Shown here piece after piece: positions 25,101 through 37,925 of a stretch of DNA of 64,000 nucleotides (positions are counted from its first letter, which is position 1; each line of letters opens with the position of its first letter). The translations under genes and the position numbers were made by a program. The notes below the pieces were generated by a model that worked only from the letters and a program-made list of their open reading frames with translations, made no database searches and was not told the DNA's origin. The stretch spans positions 26,070,346-26,134,345 of the forward strand of contig JARDVH010000193.1 of the NCBI GenBank assembly GCA_030324005.1, given 5' to 3'. This DNA comes from Negaprion brevirostris. Taxonomy: Eukaryota.

Positions 25101-25722
25101 AGTTTAAACCCCTCCCAACAGCACTAGCAAATCTCCCTGTGAGGATATTTGTTCCAGTGCTGTTCAGGTGATGTTCCCAGAAGTCACTGCATCTCATGCA
25201 ACTGAGTTCGGACCGAGTCTTGAGACTCATCATTTGACTGGGACTCAGTGGTACAGTGGCCTCCAGAAATCTTCTGAGTGCCGGCCATCTCTGGTATCCC
25301 TGGCTCATCCTGCCGTGGACCAGACCCTGTGCTCACCAGCTTGTGAATCCACGCCTTCTGTAGATCTAGGTCCCACTGAGGCATGTCACTCTGTGCTGGT
25401 GGAGGGTGTGGGTGAGTGCAGTGGTGGATCCAAGGATGCTATCATTAGGTTCATCCTCTGATGTTTCCTTTGATCTGGAGTTGAGGGGATAGCTTGCATG
25501 TGTCTTTTCAAATGAAGATATGAAGGAGAGCAGAGAAAATTAGTGCATGGCTGAAGACTTGAACAGAGTAGTCACAGTGTCATTGTCTGTGGGATGAGTT
25601 GGTGCAGGATCATTTGGGTGTCTGCTGCCCACTTGGCAATGGACACAAACACAGTCAACGCCTTCCCCAGCTAGTGAAATGGCGTACTCCTCTAAAGGAG
25701 TGAGAATCCGGATGTTGGCTCC

Positions 25723-25944
25723 TGTAATAACTCTTCAGAGGCGAAAGTCCTATCACTAAGTTACTTTATTTACACCATACATCTGTATATAGCCAGCTCT
25801 CCAGTTTTCCCTGCTGAATGCAGACTGGGAACCTGACACACCTGCTTTAAATAGGGAGCATGAGGCCCCCTGATTTAACCATCAATTAAGACATAGTTCA
25901 CACTATAGCAAGTCAACTTTACCAGCCTGGCTGAAGTCATCACA
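25723..25944 (-). mobile_element. Solo LTR inserted in Harbinger ORF2
   Basis: TGTAATAAC...GTCATCACA imperfect inverted termini, 5-bp target duplication GCTCC/GCTCT and a reversed polyA signal. Confidence 0.75.
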
Positions 25945-26067
25945 GCTCTTTTACCCCCAGTCTAGGGGCTCTCCATTTTGTTTTTCTTGAGCTTTTCCTG
26001 CAGAGAGAGAGATTGTAAGAGTGTGAGCAGGTGTTATGTCAAGGCACATGATAAGGATGCCTGGCAT

Positions 26068-26071
26068 CTGT

Positions 26072-26106
<35 letters not shown>
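26068..26106. repeat. (TG)n microsatellite
   Basis: Directly visible. Lies within the Harbinger intron. Confidence 0.95.
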
Positions 26107-26107
<1 letters not shown>

Positions 26108-26819
26108 TGACTGCAGCCTTGCTGGGAATGAGGATGTGAGCTTGGAAGGATAGGAATCTGAAGATGTGAAGCTGAGTGTGAGAGCCTTGAGCTGATATTG
26201 TGAAAGATCAATGTGAAAGTATGATAGGATGGTGAGTCCATACTTACCCTGGCAGGACGGATGAGATCATTCATCCTCTTTCTACACTGGGTGGTGGACC
26301 TCTTGTTTGCATTCACCACATTGCCACCCCCTCCCAAACTGGAATGGTGATGTTGGTGCACCTACAGATCAACAGACCTCAACCACATCCAGCAGGCAGT
26401 TCAGGGAGGCATCATGGAATCTGGGGGCAGCAGTATTCTTCAGTTTGGCAGACATCTCCAAGTTGTGCATCAGTCTTGGTGTCTGCAATTGTGCTTTAAA
26501 TATGACGTTCAGTGAAAGGAATCAGTGAGTTCAGGCATGGAAGGATATTCGGAGGCCACTCCCAGCATTCCGGTTTCTCGTGGATAAATGTTTACTTAGG
26601 TCTGCAGTGGATGATATGGTATGAAAACGCATCATTGTGGCTGGCGAGAATCCTGTCGTTTTCCATGTCCACTGCAGCACTTGGTGCACAACATGAAAAT
26701 TCTGACTCTCAGCAAAGACCAGGTTCTGAACATACTAACTCTCACTGGAGTACAGCTTCAACAAGTACCAACTCACCTGAGTATTGATTCCAGAGACTGT
26801 GGCCATGATTGTCCCAATT

Positions 26820-27306
26820 GGGGAATTCTCACGTCAGCTTATTCGCAGGGCTTGCTCATGGATTTCCAGCAGTGTCAGCTCCATACCGGAAATCGGCGGG
26901 AAGGCAACAAGACCATTTAAATGGTCATTTAAGTATAATTTAAATATGATTAGCGGGCCCAGGGCTGAAGTCTCCGGGCCCACTAGCATCTCCCCCTCTA
27001 CCAGATTGTTTCACTCCAGCAGGGATTACAGTACCTCCCCACTAACAGGAAACTAGCAGCCTGGCCCCACTGGAGTGAAGGGGGCAATCAGGGTCCCCCA
27101 GAAGGTCGGGCGATGGGGGGTTGCCATGGGCATTGGCACCTTCACAGAACCAGCCTGGGCTCCTGGCACTGCCCAAGGGGCAAAGCACGAATGCCCAGGG
27201 GCACCTTGGCTTTGCGCATGGGCAGTGCAAAAGGGACAGGGCCTCTGGAGCAGGGCATGATGGGCCAATCGATGGTGGTGGGGGATCCCACTACCATTCT
27301 GCAGGT
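26820..27306. mobile_element. GC-rich non-autonomous Harbinger-like element, truncated by gap
   Basis: Starts GGGAATTCTC, contains the palindrome GACCATTTAAATGGTC and has repeated TGCCC/GGGCA motifs. Confidence 0.55.
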
Positions 27307-27544
27307 NNNNNNNNNNNNNNNNNNNNNNNNNNNNNNNNNNNNNNNNNNNNNNNNNNNNNNNNNNNNNNNNNNNNNNNNNNNNNNNNNNNNNNNNNNNNNN
27401 NNNNNNNNNNNNNNNNNNNNNNNNNNNNNNNNNNNNNNNNNNNNNNNNNNNNNNNNNNNNNNNNNNNNNNNNNNNNNNNNNNNNNNNNNNNNNNNNNNNN
27501 NNNNNNNNNNNNNNNNNNNNNNNNNNNNNNNNNNNNNNNNNNNN

Positions 27545-27725
27545 GCACTTCCCCGGAATCCAGCAAAGTTTGGTAAATAATCACTAAGGCATCTACTATC
27601 ACCTCTGCCATTTCCTTCAGAACCCTGGGATGCATTCCATCCGGTCCTGGGGACTTGTCCACCATCATTCCCGTTAGTCTATCAAGCACTACCTCTCTAG
27701 TGACAGTAATCGCATTCAGGCCCTC
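27545..27725 (-). mobile_element. CR1 RT fragment
   Basis: VDKSPGPDGMHPRVLKEMAEVIVDALVIIYQ. Confidence 0.9.
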
Positions 27726-27744
27726 AACTCAACTCAAATGTTTG

Positions 27745-28461
27745 GCGAGGGATTCCAGCCAGTGTCTCTCACTAAGATATGGATTCCATACATACTAAAC
27801 CAACTTTTACAACCTTGCTCAAGCGATTCCATGGCAGGCAGGGCAACAGAATTCCGGTGACTGACTCTCACCATCATATGGGTTCCACAGACACGTGCTC
27901 GCACTGGGGCATGGGTTATTGATTCTCATGGGGGTAGTTGTATCATGCATAATCTCACTGGGATATGGACTCCACACACATTGACTCACTGCGGCATGAA
28001 TTCCACAGACACTGACTTTCACTATAATATAGGTTCCACAAGCACCAATTCTCACTGAGGTACAGAGGCCACATGCATTGACTCCTACTGGGACATGGGT
28101 TCCATACATAGATTCGCACTAGGATGTGTGTTCCATACAAACTCACTCTCATTGGGGTTTGGCTTCCACACATGCAGACTCTTACTGCAGTATGGTTCCA
28201 CACAGGCTACCTTCCAGGGGAAGTGTTCCCAAAAACACCGGCTCTGACCCGAATCTGTTTCCTACACTCATTGATGCTAACTCAGGCCTGGCTTCCAGAC
28301 ACTGACTGATGAGTGCCACAGGCACTGACTCACTGGTGGTACAGGTCACTGACTCTTACTAGGGTATGGATTCCACAAATACAGACTCACTCTTGTGTAG
28401 GTCCCACACACACTTTCACAAAGGGAAAGATTCCACAAATACTGGGCTACGAGTTCCACCA
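27745..28461. repeat. Degenerate ~33-bp minisatellite (about 20 units)
   Basis: Approximate consensus CTCACTGGGGTATGGGTTCCACACACACTGACT. Counted units are 31-33 bp. Confidence 0.9.
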
Positions 28462-29978
28462 TGAGGAGCATCTAGAACAGGGCAACAAAGCAGATAGGTG
28501 TGCAGGGGTGGGTTAGGGGGGTGAGATATGGGTGGTTAGGTGGGTAGGGGAAGTGGTTGGTTCACACTGCTGGCCTGAGTCAGTGGCAGGAGCAGAGGGG
28601 AATGCCCAATAAGGATCCTGGCAGACAGCAGGCCTGAGCAGGCAGCATAATTGGAGGGGCTGGGGGAAAGGTCTCTCCCACATTCAGGCAAGGTGGGGAA
28701 ATCTTGGTGGGGGAGGGTGGTGAGGGAGGAGAGGATGAGTGAGTGAGGGCTATATGAGGATGAGAGGGAAGGGCATGAGTGAGTAAGTGGGGGTTGGGAT
28801 GTGGACAAGAAGGCCTAATGATCGCTTTTGATGCCTAGTTATCACTTTTGCCTAATGATCCTTTTAATGTCAAAAGGTAGCAATGAATGCTGATGAAAAC
28901 TCATTCCAAATTACACCTTTGGTGCATTTGCAGGCTAAATAATGCTTAAATATTCTGGGTGGCAGGTAATCACATTTAGTTCTGTTATTTCCCTTCCACA
29001 TTGTATTCTGGAAATATTAAAACAAATAAAATCAAAATACGACTGCATAAATATGTTAAAGACTTCTCAGGGACCAATTAGAACAACATATCCCAATTCT
29101 TTCTGAGCTCCATCTCAAACTGGCCACACATGCTGACAATGGCATATCTGAAATATATGCTATAGGAGGATTCAGTCCACATTCATGTGACCTATGTGAA
29201 GAACTCCAAATATGCTGGCCAAAACTTACCCTCAACCAAAATTAGATTAACTGGTGCTTCATCTTATTGTGGGACTTTACTGTCCATAAAAGCTGCATTT
29301 ACACACATCATCTAGACCTAAAAGTAATTTTTCATATGTCAACTATGAACAAACTACTGACATGTGGTCAGTGTTATACAGCTACAGCACAATAAGGATT
29401 CGGCACAACATTTATTACCCATTGACCAATGCCAAATTCAGAAAGCTCTCAGAAAAGTCCTCATTATAGGCATTAAAGCCATTGAAAGTATAAGATAAGC
29501 AGCAAAGCAAACTTCTTCCCTGAATCAGCAACCAAACATCAAAAAACTTCCAGCCTTAGCTCTGATAGAGTGAGTGATGATGTACCTCCAGAATAAATGT
29601 CAGGAGAAGGGGTGGGGATGAAAGCTAATACTGCTGCGATTTCAGCTCATGAGGAGATGTCTTGGAAATTCCATTTGGTGTAGGAAGAGAGGGGATCTTC
29701 CATCTGTAATTCATAATCAGAAGGCATGTCTGGAGAAGTTTCTGGGACACCCCTGGGAAACTCCATCCTGTATTCTTAGCATAGGATTCATAATCTTAAA
29801 CACATTTAAGGGACTTATGGCAAATTAACTTCTAGATATAGACAATTTTACATGAGCAACTGTAGCAACCATCTGCAAAGTAAATCCCACAATGAGAAAT
29901 GTGTCTCATAACGAACACAAAATATTCCAGCTCAGAAAGGATCACCTGGAGAAATTTATCGTGATGTATCATTGGGAT

Positions 29979-30798
29979 TGTGAAGATGAATGTTACTATT
30001 TTAAAAATATTTTTGGGGAATAGGGTGTTATTCTTTGAAGAAGTTAGTGTGTGTGTGTAAATGATTTAATTAAGCTGGGAAAAAGTTAATGGAGACAGCT
30101 GGTCTGCAAGAATTCAGGGATGAGAATTACAGGGGTACAAAATGCATGAATTTATAATGGAATTAAGTCAAATGGATTTATAAGTAATTATGTTTAGATA
30201 TTTGCATTAGGAGATGAAGTGGGACTTGCTTTTTTCAGCTGTTAAATTTCAAAGCAGAGTAAAAGTCCTTTACAACTTGCTAAGGTATCTTGCAATGCCA
30301 GAGGGGTCATCTGGTCTCACTGATGTTATTAGTTTTTTCTGTGGTTCCTATCCTCCACCATCAAGGGGTCACCATCAACAGGATCTTCCAGTCCCACCAG
30401 TGGGACAGGCTAGACGATTTCTGCAGTTGCACAGTTGTAAGGACATTGTTATAACATAACTACAATGACAGCAATTTAGCCTTAAATATTATTACTGATT
30501 TTTTTTATAATGAAACCTCTCTAAGGGAGCACTGCCTGAGGTGTTTATTTGTGGGTCAGGCCAAATGGGTTCTTTGGAAATGTTTTGGGAGAAAATTTTA
30601 CTTTTGTAACCATAATCTTGTGTGCTTTTATTTTCTTTTCTTCTTAATAAATCTTTCAAGTCCAAAAAGTAGTCCTAAAATTCTATGCAACTAAGATCAA
30701 GAGGTTCCTTCTCATTTTCACAATACAATGGTCCATAAGCCAAGTTTCGCTCTGAGATTTGATTGGATCAGTAACTAACATTTGCTATGATCATAACA
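29979..30798 (+). mobile_element. Probable solo LTR (Gypsy-type)
   Basis: TGTGAAGA...GATCATAACA with AATAAA at ~30646. No clear target-site duplication. Confidence 0.55.
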
Positions 30799-32899
30799 AG
30801 GCAAAAAGAAAAAAAATCCTCTTCACCTGTTCCATCTTATTCTAGCCTCTGACTATATGTGAGCAATAAGAGAATCAACATTTCCAGTTGGTATCTATAA
30901 GGCAAGTTGACCGTTTTCCTGCTGGTAACAAATGCAGGAGCAGAGTGCCCAAGCAAAATCAACCTCCTGAAATACAACAGACTGGTTGTACTACAGGTAA
31001 GCTGAGTGGCCAAGGCCACGAAGGATTAAATTCACCCTGGTCCTCTTTTGTAGCCCACTACTAAATAAGCGTTGCACTTTTTTGCCACATCAACCACATT
31101 GTGGGATAATTTTTATGCTTGCATACAGCTGGTACAAATCCTCAGAAGCCATACACCACATTATCGTTCCTAGGGAGTTAGTGATAACGGTAATATAGAT
31201 TACAACCGTAGCAATCTGATCTAATGCAGTGAACTCCAGGATTGTAACCTCCTAATATTTCTTCACCATCTTATAATTTACAAGGTATGCACTCACCTCA
31301 TCAAAACATATTTCTCCCATATCTGGATACTCTCCCTACAATGATTCCACCTAATGTTATTTCTCGCAAACAGCTGTTTGATTTTAGTACAAACACGTAA
31401 CTGCATACAAATCCACAGGCACAGGCAAAATATATAGAATTCATCCATGTATCTTTAATATCTTTCAGGCCAAGTTGCACACACAGATCAAATTTAATGA
31501 ATGCTTAAATTAGTTGCAGGTTTTCTTTTGTGTTCCTGAGAACCGTGTAAGCAAGGAACTGGCACAAGAACTTGGTCATATAACAATGTCAATATAAAAT
31601 AAGATACACCAGGGAAAAGCTTCTATTTGCAGGAAAGAAACAATTAATTTTTAAGCATACAAATCTGCCGCTGTGCATATTATAAAACTTCAAATTCTCA
31701 AATGGGCTATATTTGAAGTCTACATGGGGAATGTGTTATCCTTATGTTCATTAACAGGGTCCTTGGCTATGGTTATTCACAACAAAGTAAATTTAATAAG
31801 AATGTTGAAAACAACTGTATTGTTGAATCCATTTAAATACAGCTATGTAAATCAACTGACATGTTTCTGAGCGTCCCACAGAAAAATAGCTGATGGGATG
31901 TAGAAAAAAAAATTGGCAAGGTCCTTTTGCAGCATCCTCTACAGCTGATACATAACAGCATTAGTAAAGCTCATTGAAATGTCCCTGGCTGTTTGCCTGT
32001 GTTGGGAGGATACAAAGAAAATGTGAAAAAAGATACTTCATGAAAATCAGGACTTCATGATAGAACGCAAGAAATGAAAGGGTAAATGTTCTTTTCCCCA
32101 GCACGTTAGCATTAGCCTATCATTGTTTTGCTAAATATATTTTTTAATGAAAATTTAATCTTTTGATGATATGGTAACAAACCAAAAGTGGCTTCTCAAC
32201 CCTGATTTACTGGTAGTATTTTTTTTCTCGAATTACGTATTCCAAAAGCACACAATGATATTGTGATTTCCTGCTTGCAAATGACTCCCAAAAAATATCA
32301 ACCAATGCAATAATTGGTCTTTATATTAGTTCAGTGTTTTTCTGGATAAATTATGCATCAAGTATTGCATGAAGTTCGAGATTGAGTAAGTAAGCTTATC
32401 TTACAGCCATTAACAACTGTACTAAAACAGAGACAAATGGAACTTCTAAAAGTAAAGCCAAGATAGCTGGACTTCAAAGGATTGATCAAGCCAAAAAAGT
32501 GATATAAAATTAATCAAATAAAACAAATGTTCCTTTCCTTCCAAATGGTAAGTATTTCTTAATCAGGCACAGAATCAAAGATATGAAAAATAAATTGGAG
32601 TTCTTTTGCCAACTCCATACTTTCTTTCTGTCCGAAATAATCCAGAACAGTAACAATGGAAATGAAGGAAGAATCCAACACAAAATGTAAAGTCATTGTC
32701 ATCAACATCAGTCTATTCTAAAGGCAGAAAAAAAGAAAGGTAATAACTGCGAAGTATTGGCTAGGTAAAACAATTCCAGAATCCTCATTATGGGGGTTAA
32801 ACAATGGTGAAACAGTAGAAATATTCAAAACAACACATCATTCCAGAACAAAAGAAAATCTGATTCCTAGAGGGTGCTCCCAGGGGCAAAGTTGAAAGT

Positions 32900-33450
32900 A
32901 TAAAAATTGACCCTGATATAACCCTGGCTAGCATTAGAGATCTGGAAACAAATCAGGTTGGTGAACCTGACAGCACTCACCTATTGGTGCTCAAAAGAAA
33001 TGGAGACTGCTCTGTTAGCCTCTTGCTGACATATTTAACAGCTCACAGGGATCTTGAATTGTTCCCATTGACTGGAGAGAGGCCAATATTTAGAAAGGGC
33101 AATGGTTCAGAACTGAAAAATTACAGGCCAATGGATTTAACTTCAGCTGTGGTCATAATTGCTGGAAGAGATCATTAGAAATGCACCAAATGACCACACT
33201 GACAGAAAGAAACATAGGAACCTAAGAGAACTCACAGCACAGAAGGAGGCCATTTAGCCAAACATTATTTATCCAACCTAATCCGGTTGGTCCACAGCAC
33301 ATGAAAGTTATGACACTTAGTGCATATTCATTTCTAAATGCAATGAGGGATTTTGCCTCTGCCTTTCAAACAATAAGTTCCAGATCCTCAGTACCCTCTG
33401 AGTGAAGAAGATTTCTCAATTGCTGCCTAATTCTACTACCAATTACTTGA
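32900..33450. mobile_element. CR1 fragments (RT on +, then 3' end on -)
   Basis: PIFRKGNGSELKNYRPMDLTS on +, followed by a reversed tail AGCACAGAAGGAGGCCATT. Confidence 0.65.
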
Positions 33451-33495
33451 AATCAACTGTGGATGTTGGCATATCATTCAACGTTGGAAGCCTCA

Positions 33496-33621
33496 AAATA
33501 TTCCTCCAAAACAGGTACATTTCTCATCGCTAATTGCTCTTCAGTAGACAGTGACGAGAAATATTCCTCCAAAACAGGTACATTTCCCATCACTAATTGC
33601 CCTTGAGTAGGTAGTGATGAG
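33496..33621. repeat. 63-bp tandem duplication
   Basis: AAATATTCCTCCAAAACAGGTACATTT.. starts at 33496 and again at 33559. Confidence 0.9.
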
Positions 33622-33915
33622 CCACCTACAACTAAAATGTTGTTTGGCCATGCTAGAGGGTACTTAAGAGTCAATTACTTTGGTGTGGGTCTACAGTCAC
33701 ATGTAGGCCAGACCAGGCACATTTCCTCCCCTGAATAGCATGAGTCAGCCAGCTTCTTTTTTTAAATGACAAACGGTAGATTCATGATTATAATTAATTA
33801 AACCAACATTTTCTTCCAGATTTATTAATCAATTGAATTCAAATTCCTCCAGCTGCCATGATGAGATTTGAAATCATGACTCTGTAGTATTAACCCAGGC
33901 CTCTGGATTACTAAT
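33580..33915 (-). mobile_element. tRNA-derived SINE (family-B LINE tail)
   Basis: GTGGGTCTACAGTCACATGTAGGCCAGACCAGG..TTGAATTCAAATTCC. Confidence 0.75.
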
Positions 33916-33917
33916 AT

Positions 33918-34010
33918 AAAAATGGAAAAGGCTGAGAAAACCTCAGCATGCCAGGCTGCATCTGTGGGGAGAGAAACAGAGTTTATGTTTCAAGTCCGAC
34001 CTTTCAATGA
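33918..34010 (-). mobile_element. PLE terminal fragment
   Basis: CTCAGCA..GCATCTGTGGGGAGAGAAACAGAGTT..GTTTCAAGTC. Confidence 0.6.
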
Positions 34011-36859
34011 CTTCTACTGGATTATTAGTGCAGTAACATTACCACTGTGTTAACGACTGTATAAAGCTCACCCTTTTCTGCCAACTGCTAGATAAATCAA
34101 CCTTCTTTCAGCTTCTTGACTATTTTAAGACCAAATTTCTGCCTCTGATTTTCTTCCTTCGATTGTAGTCTGACATTTATTTAGTAATTTAGTAACATAG
34201 GTTTCAAAATTCAATCATTTTTTGAAAGGGCTTGCTGCTTCATGGCCCAATGCTGTTTAAATTGACATTCTTTCCAGTGTTACCTATGGTTTTCAATAAT
34301 TCATATTAAAGATGCATTCTGTTTACAACACGACTTTGTTTCAGCTGATCACTTGTATCAACTGACCTGATGTTGCATTTTTTAAGGCAACGTGTTCTCA
34401 TGGGCTATGTAGTTCACAGCTTGAGTACTGCCTATACTGTAGGGCACCAAGTTAAAACACAACAGAAGAGAAAACAAATTCAATCTTGTGGTAATAATTA
34501 TATTATTCTAATGTTGGTTTACTAAAGTCCTTCACTAGTGGGAGCAAAGAAATACTCAAAGCTGTTTCCCAGTTTTGAGGTCCGAGAAAAGTAGTAGATG
34601 GATTTTCATTTCAACAGTGTCATGATGCATAGAGCAAGAAAATTGTTCATGGAATGTTAACTGAGACAAGAAAGAAATGTTCAGAAGAACAATGATTTTG
34701 ATGAGGACAGAGTGAAAGAAAGAGAGAAAGGAAGAAGGGAAAGAAATATCAAAACAAAGGAAGGAGATGTATGCCAGAAGTTGAGAAAGTATTTGCTTGA
34801 GACATTACAATGTTTTAACTGCGTTTTCTCCAGGAATATAAGAGAAGCTAGACCTGCCTCTTCATATACTGAAGTATCATTCCAGTACTGTTCACATATT
34901 ATTTATGAAGTGTTGGAGGTTGTAGAGCAAGATAGGAAATAGAACTGCTTAAGCGCAACTTTGCAAGCAAAGAACTTAGAAATTCCATGTGCAATCAGAA
35001 TAATAGTGAAGCTAGGAATTTTACTTGAGCAAGAGTTATTAAGAGTTGGAACCAATAAAGGCCAGAAATTTTTTCTGCTGATTGAGCTGATACAAAAAAA
35101 TTTGCAAAACTGCCTCTGTTAACAAAGAAAATGGAAGAGGTCAAAATACAGTGATTCAACTACTGCATCAATGTTCTTCGTGTGAGTTTGCAATCTGAAG
35201 GAAGCTCGGTAAAATTGTTCACAAATGAATTGGCAGGGCTAGACGTGGAGTAGAGGAGGCCACAAAAATGGTGAAAAACACTGACCAAGGAAGTGCAGAT
35301 TCTAGGGATTCCTGAATTGAGTGAAAAGTGACAGATGTTTTTGTCATTACCAAGAACATGTAAATTATTTTGAAGGAAAGGAGATATGAAGATAACTTTA
35401 TTTATTTGCACTGTATTAAAATCCTATTGCAGCCTCCAACATAAGAAAAATAAAAGTGCCCAGACATTCAAGAACAGTATTCCGTGTGTACTGCATTTGA
35501 AAACTTCAGTGGTGATGCAGTCACGAAAGTAAACATTGTGGCAATCTTGGATTCTGCGAGAACATTCAAAGCCGTGAGTAATTTGAAAATTAACAATCAC
35601 TTGTTGAATATCAAAATATATGTGCAAGAACAATTTAGAATAGGTTTGAAAGGTACAAGTGTTTTTTGGGTCACTGAGTTTCTGGAATATATAGGCTGAA
35701 TTTTCCAACCTTAGATTTTTCGGGACTTATAGACTGAAAAGCCCATCACTGCAACAAGCAAGACTGCCAATACAATCTTCTGGGAGGTGTCCAGTTAAGA
35801 GGGCACCTCTTGGATTGCTGTCCAAATAGAGACAGTGAGCAATCTGAGGAAGCAGAGGGATCAATCAACAAAGGGCCACAAGCAGCCCTACGCTGGTTGC
35901 ATTGAACATGCTGCTGAAGCATCTGGGGCATCAAAGGGAGCAACTCACCGAGTGATTCAAGGCACCGAAAGAGTTTTGTTTAATCCAAACACTCTCCTTG
36001 ATGGCAATCTGCTGAAATGGCAGTGTGGTGCCAAAGCATGACCCAAGGTTTATCATTTTCACCAAGTAAAGAGTGGATTGGTTGTAACTGTCAAGAAGCT
36101 CAGACCTCCCACTACATTAGCCTTCTGTGAGCTGATCAGTTACAGACACAGTGGTCAATCCCATCCACTTCTGGAAAAATTCAAATGTCTGGTAAAAGTA
36201 TCTGATAATCACCTCATTAGCAACCTCAGTTGACTTCTCACTGCTGCTGTGAGGAAAAATGGCTGGAAGCATGAACAAATCGGAAAAATGCCCAATGCAT
36301 TTTTACCTTTGATTTCACAGCCTCCCTGACTTCAATTCCTCCCCCGGTTATCTGGTAAAAATCCCAACTCCACTCCCTCACCAACCTTCCTTTCAACAGA
36401 AAGAACTCTGTTTTGAGTATGATCACCATCAATCAAATCTCAGATCTTCAATGAGTTTCAAAGTACTTAATGTGAAATAGTTGAAATGCCACCACGGCTG
36501 GAAATTCACTGCCCAACATGGGAATCGAAGCCAGCGAGGAGCAGACATTGGGAAGGCCTGTTGTCCTCAGACGTGGTTTTACAGTTTTGGGACGAGTGAG
36601 GCCGAAACATCTTGCCCTAAATGTTTAGAACAGGTTAGAAAGAACGCTGGAACATCATTTCAACTGAGTGCAAAACTCAATTTTTTAAGGTGCAGTCACT
36701 GATGATTCCTTTTTTATAAGCAGTTAAATAGCATCTGTTCTGATGATGTCACCTTTGAAAAGAATGCTTGTGTCTTTTTCCTTAACTGAGGTTTGCCCCC
36801 TCTGTGGTTAATAGGGCACTCAACTGGGTCTGACCCATTTTCTGCACCTTTGCCCTCAC

Positions 36860-37925
36860 GCCTTCCCCACCCTGCCAGAACCATGATAAAATCCATCTTG
36901 TCCTCATTTTTCACCCACCAACCTCTGCATTCAAAGGATCATCCTCTGCCTTTTCTGCCATCTCCAGAATGATGCCATCTTTCTTTCACCCCCTGTCCAC
37001 CGCACCCCCCCCCGACAGCATTCTACAGGGACCACTCCCTCCATGACACCCTGGTCCACTTCTTCATCACCCCCAACTCCTCATCTCCTTCCCACAGCAC
37101 TTTCCTTTGTAATCACAGAAGGTGNNNNNNNNNNNNTTTACCTCAGTCCATCCTCACAGTTCAAGGTCTGAAACATTCCTCTCGGGTGACACAACATTTC
37201 ATTTGTACCTCTTTTAATTTGGTCCATTGTATTCGTTAATCTCAAAATAGTCTTCTCTACATTGGAAAAACCAACTCAGACTGTGTGACTGCTTTGTGAA
37301 ACACCTTTTTACAAGCATGACTCTAACCTTCCCGTTGCTTGCCATTTCAACTCAGCATATTTTTCTCATGTCCACATGTCCATCCCTGGTCAGCTGCAAT
37401 GTTCCAGTGAAGTCCAAAGCAAACTGAAGGAGCTATAACTCATCTTTTGATTATGCACGTTACAGCCTTCAGGACTCAACACTGAGTTCAACACCTTTAG
37501 ACTGTGACATTTTCATCCAAAAAGAAAGTCCCAATGCAACCTTTCCTACACACCCCTCCTCCAAAACATGCCCCACTGTCATTTAATCTTTAGTTTTGAT
37601 TTCACTGAGCAATAACCTTTATTCTCCTATTAACACATTCTTCTACCTCACCTGTTTGCCATTATCAGCTCCTTCCATAGTCCTTAGTGCCATTAATACT
37701 TCCTTTGTCTTGTATCCTACAGATTTTTGTTGCTATTTCTCCTAGTTCTCACCTATCAATGACTTTCTACTTTGCTCCACTCACTTTACCCACTCTTATA
37801 AAGTATCTGATGCATCATATTTCTTCCTCTCCTTACAAGACTCCTATGGACTTGAAGTGTTAACTCTGTTCCTTTGTACATGCTGCCAGATCTGCTGAGT
37901 TTTTCCAGCAGTTTCTGCTTTTATA
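36860..37925 (+). mobile_element. Penelope-like element 3' part (linker, GIY-YIG, 3' UTR)
   Basis: NLCIQRIILC; AFYRDHSLHDTLVH; HFICTSFNLVHCIR*SQNSLLYIGKT; terminal GTTAACTCTG..TGCTGCCAGATCTGCTGAG. Confidence 0.85.

Larger units (their letters stand above)
25100..26657 (-). mobile_element. PIF/Harbinger transposon relic carrying a spliced Myb/SANT-like ORF2
   Basis: MSAKLKNTAAPRFHDASLNCLLDVVE..VWEGVA..VNANKRSTTQCRKRMNDLIRPAR | GT-AG intron 25998-26247 | EKLKKNKMESP*TG..GANIRILTPLEEYAISLAGE. End motif GAGAATCCTG at ~26650. Confidence 0.8.

Noticed and set aside
27745-28461. CRISPR-like ~33-bp periodicity
   Set aside because: Units are contiguous and degenerate with no unique spacers and no cas genes, in a vertebrate context.
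31297-31373. Possible 77-nt minus-strand exon with strong donor GAG|GTGAGT
   Set aside because: Weak acceptor, unrecognised peptide and no compatible neighbouring exons identified.
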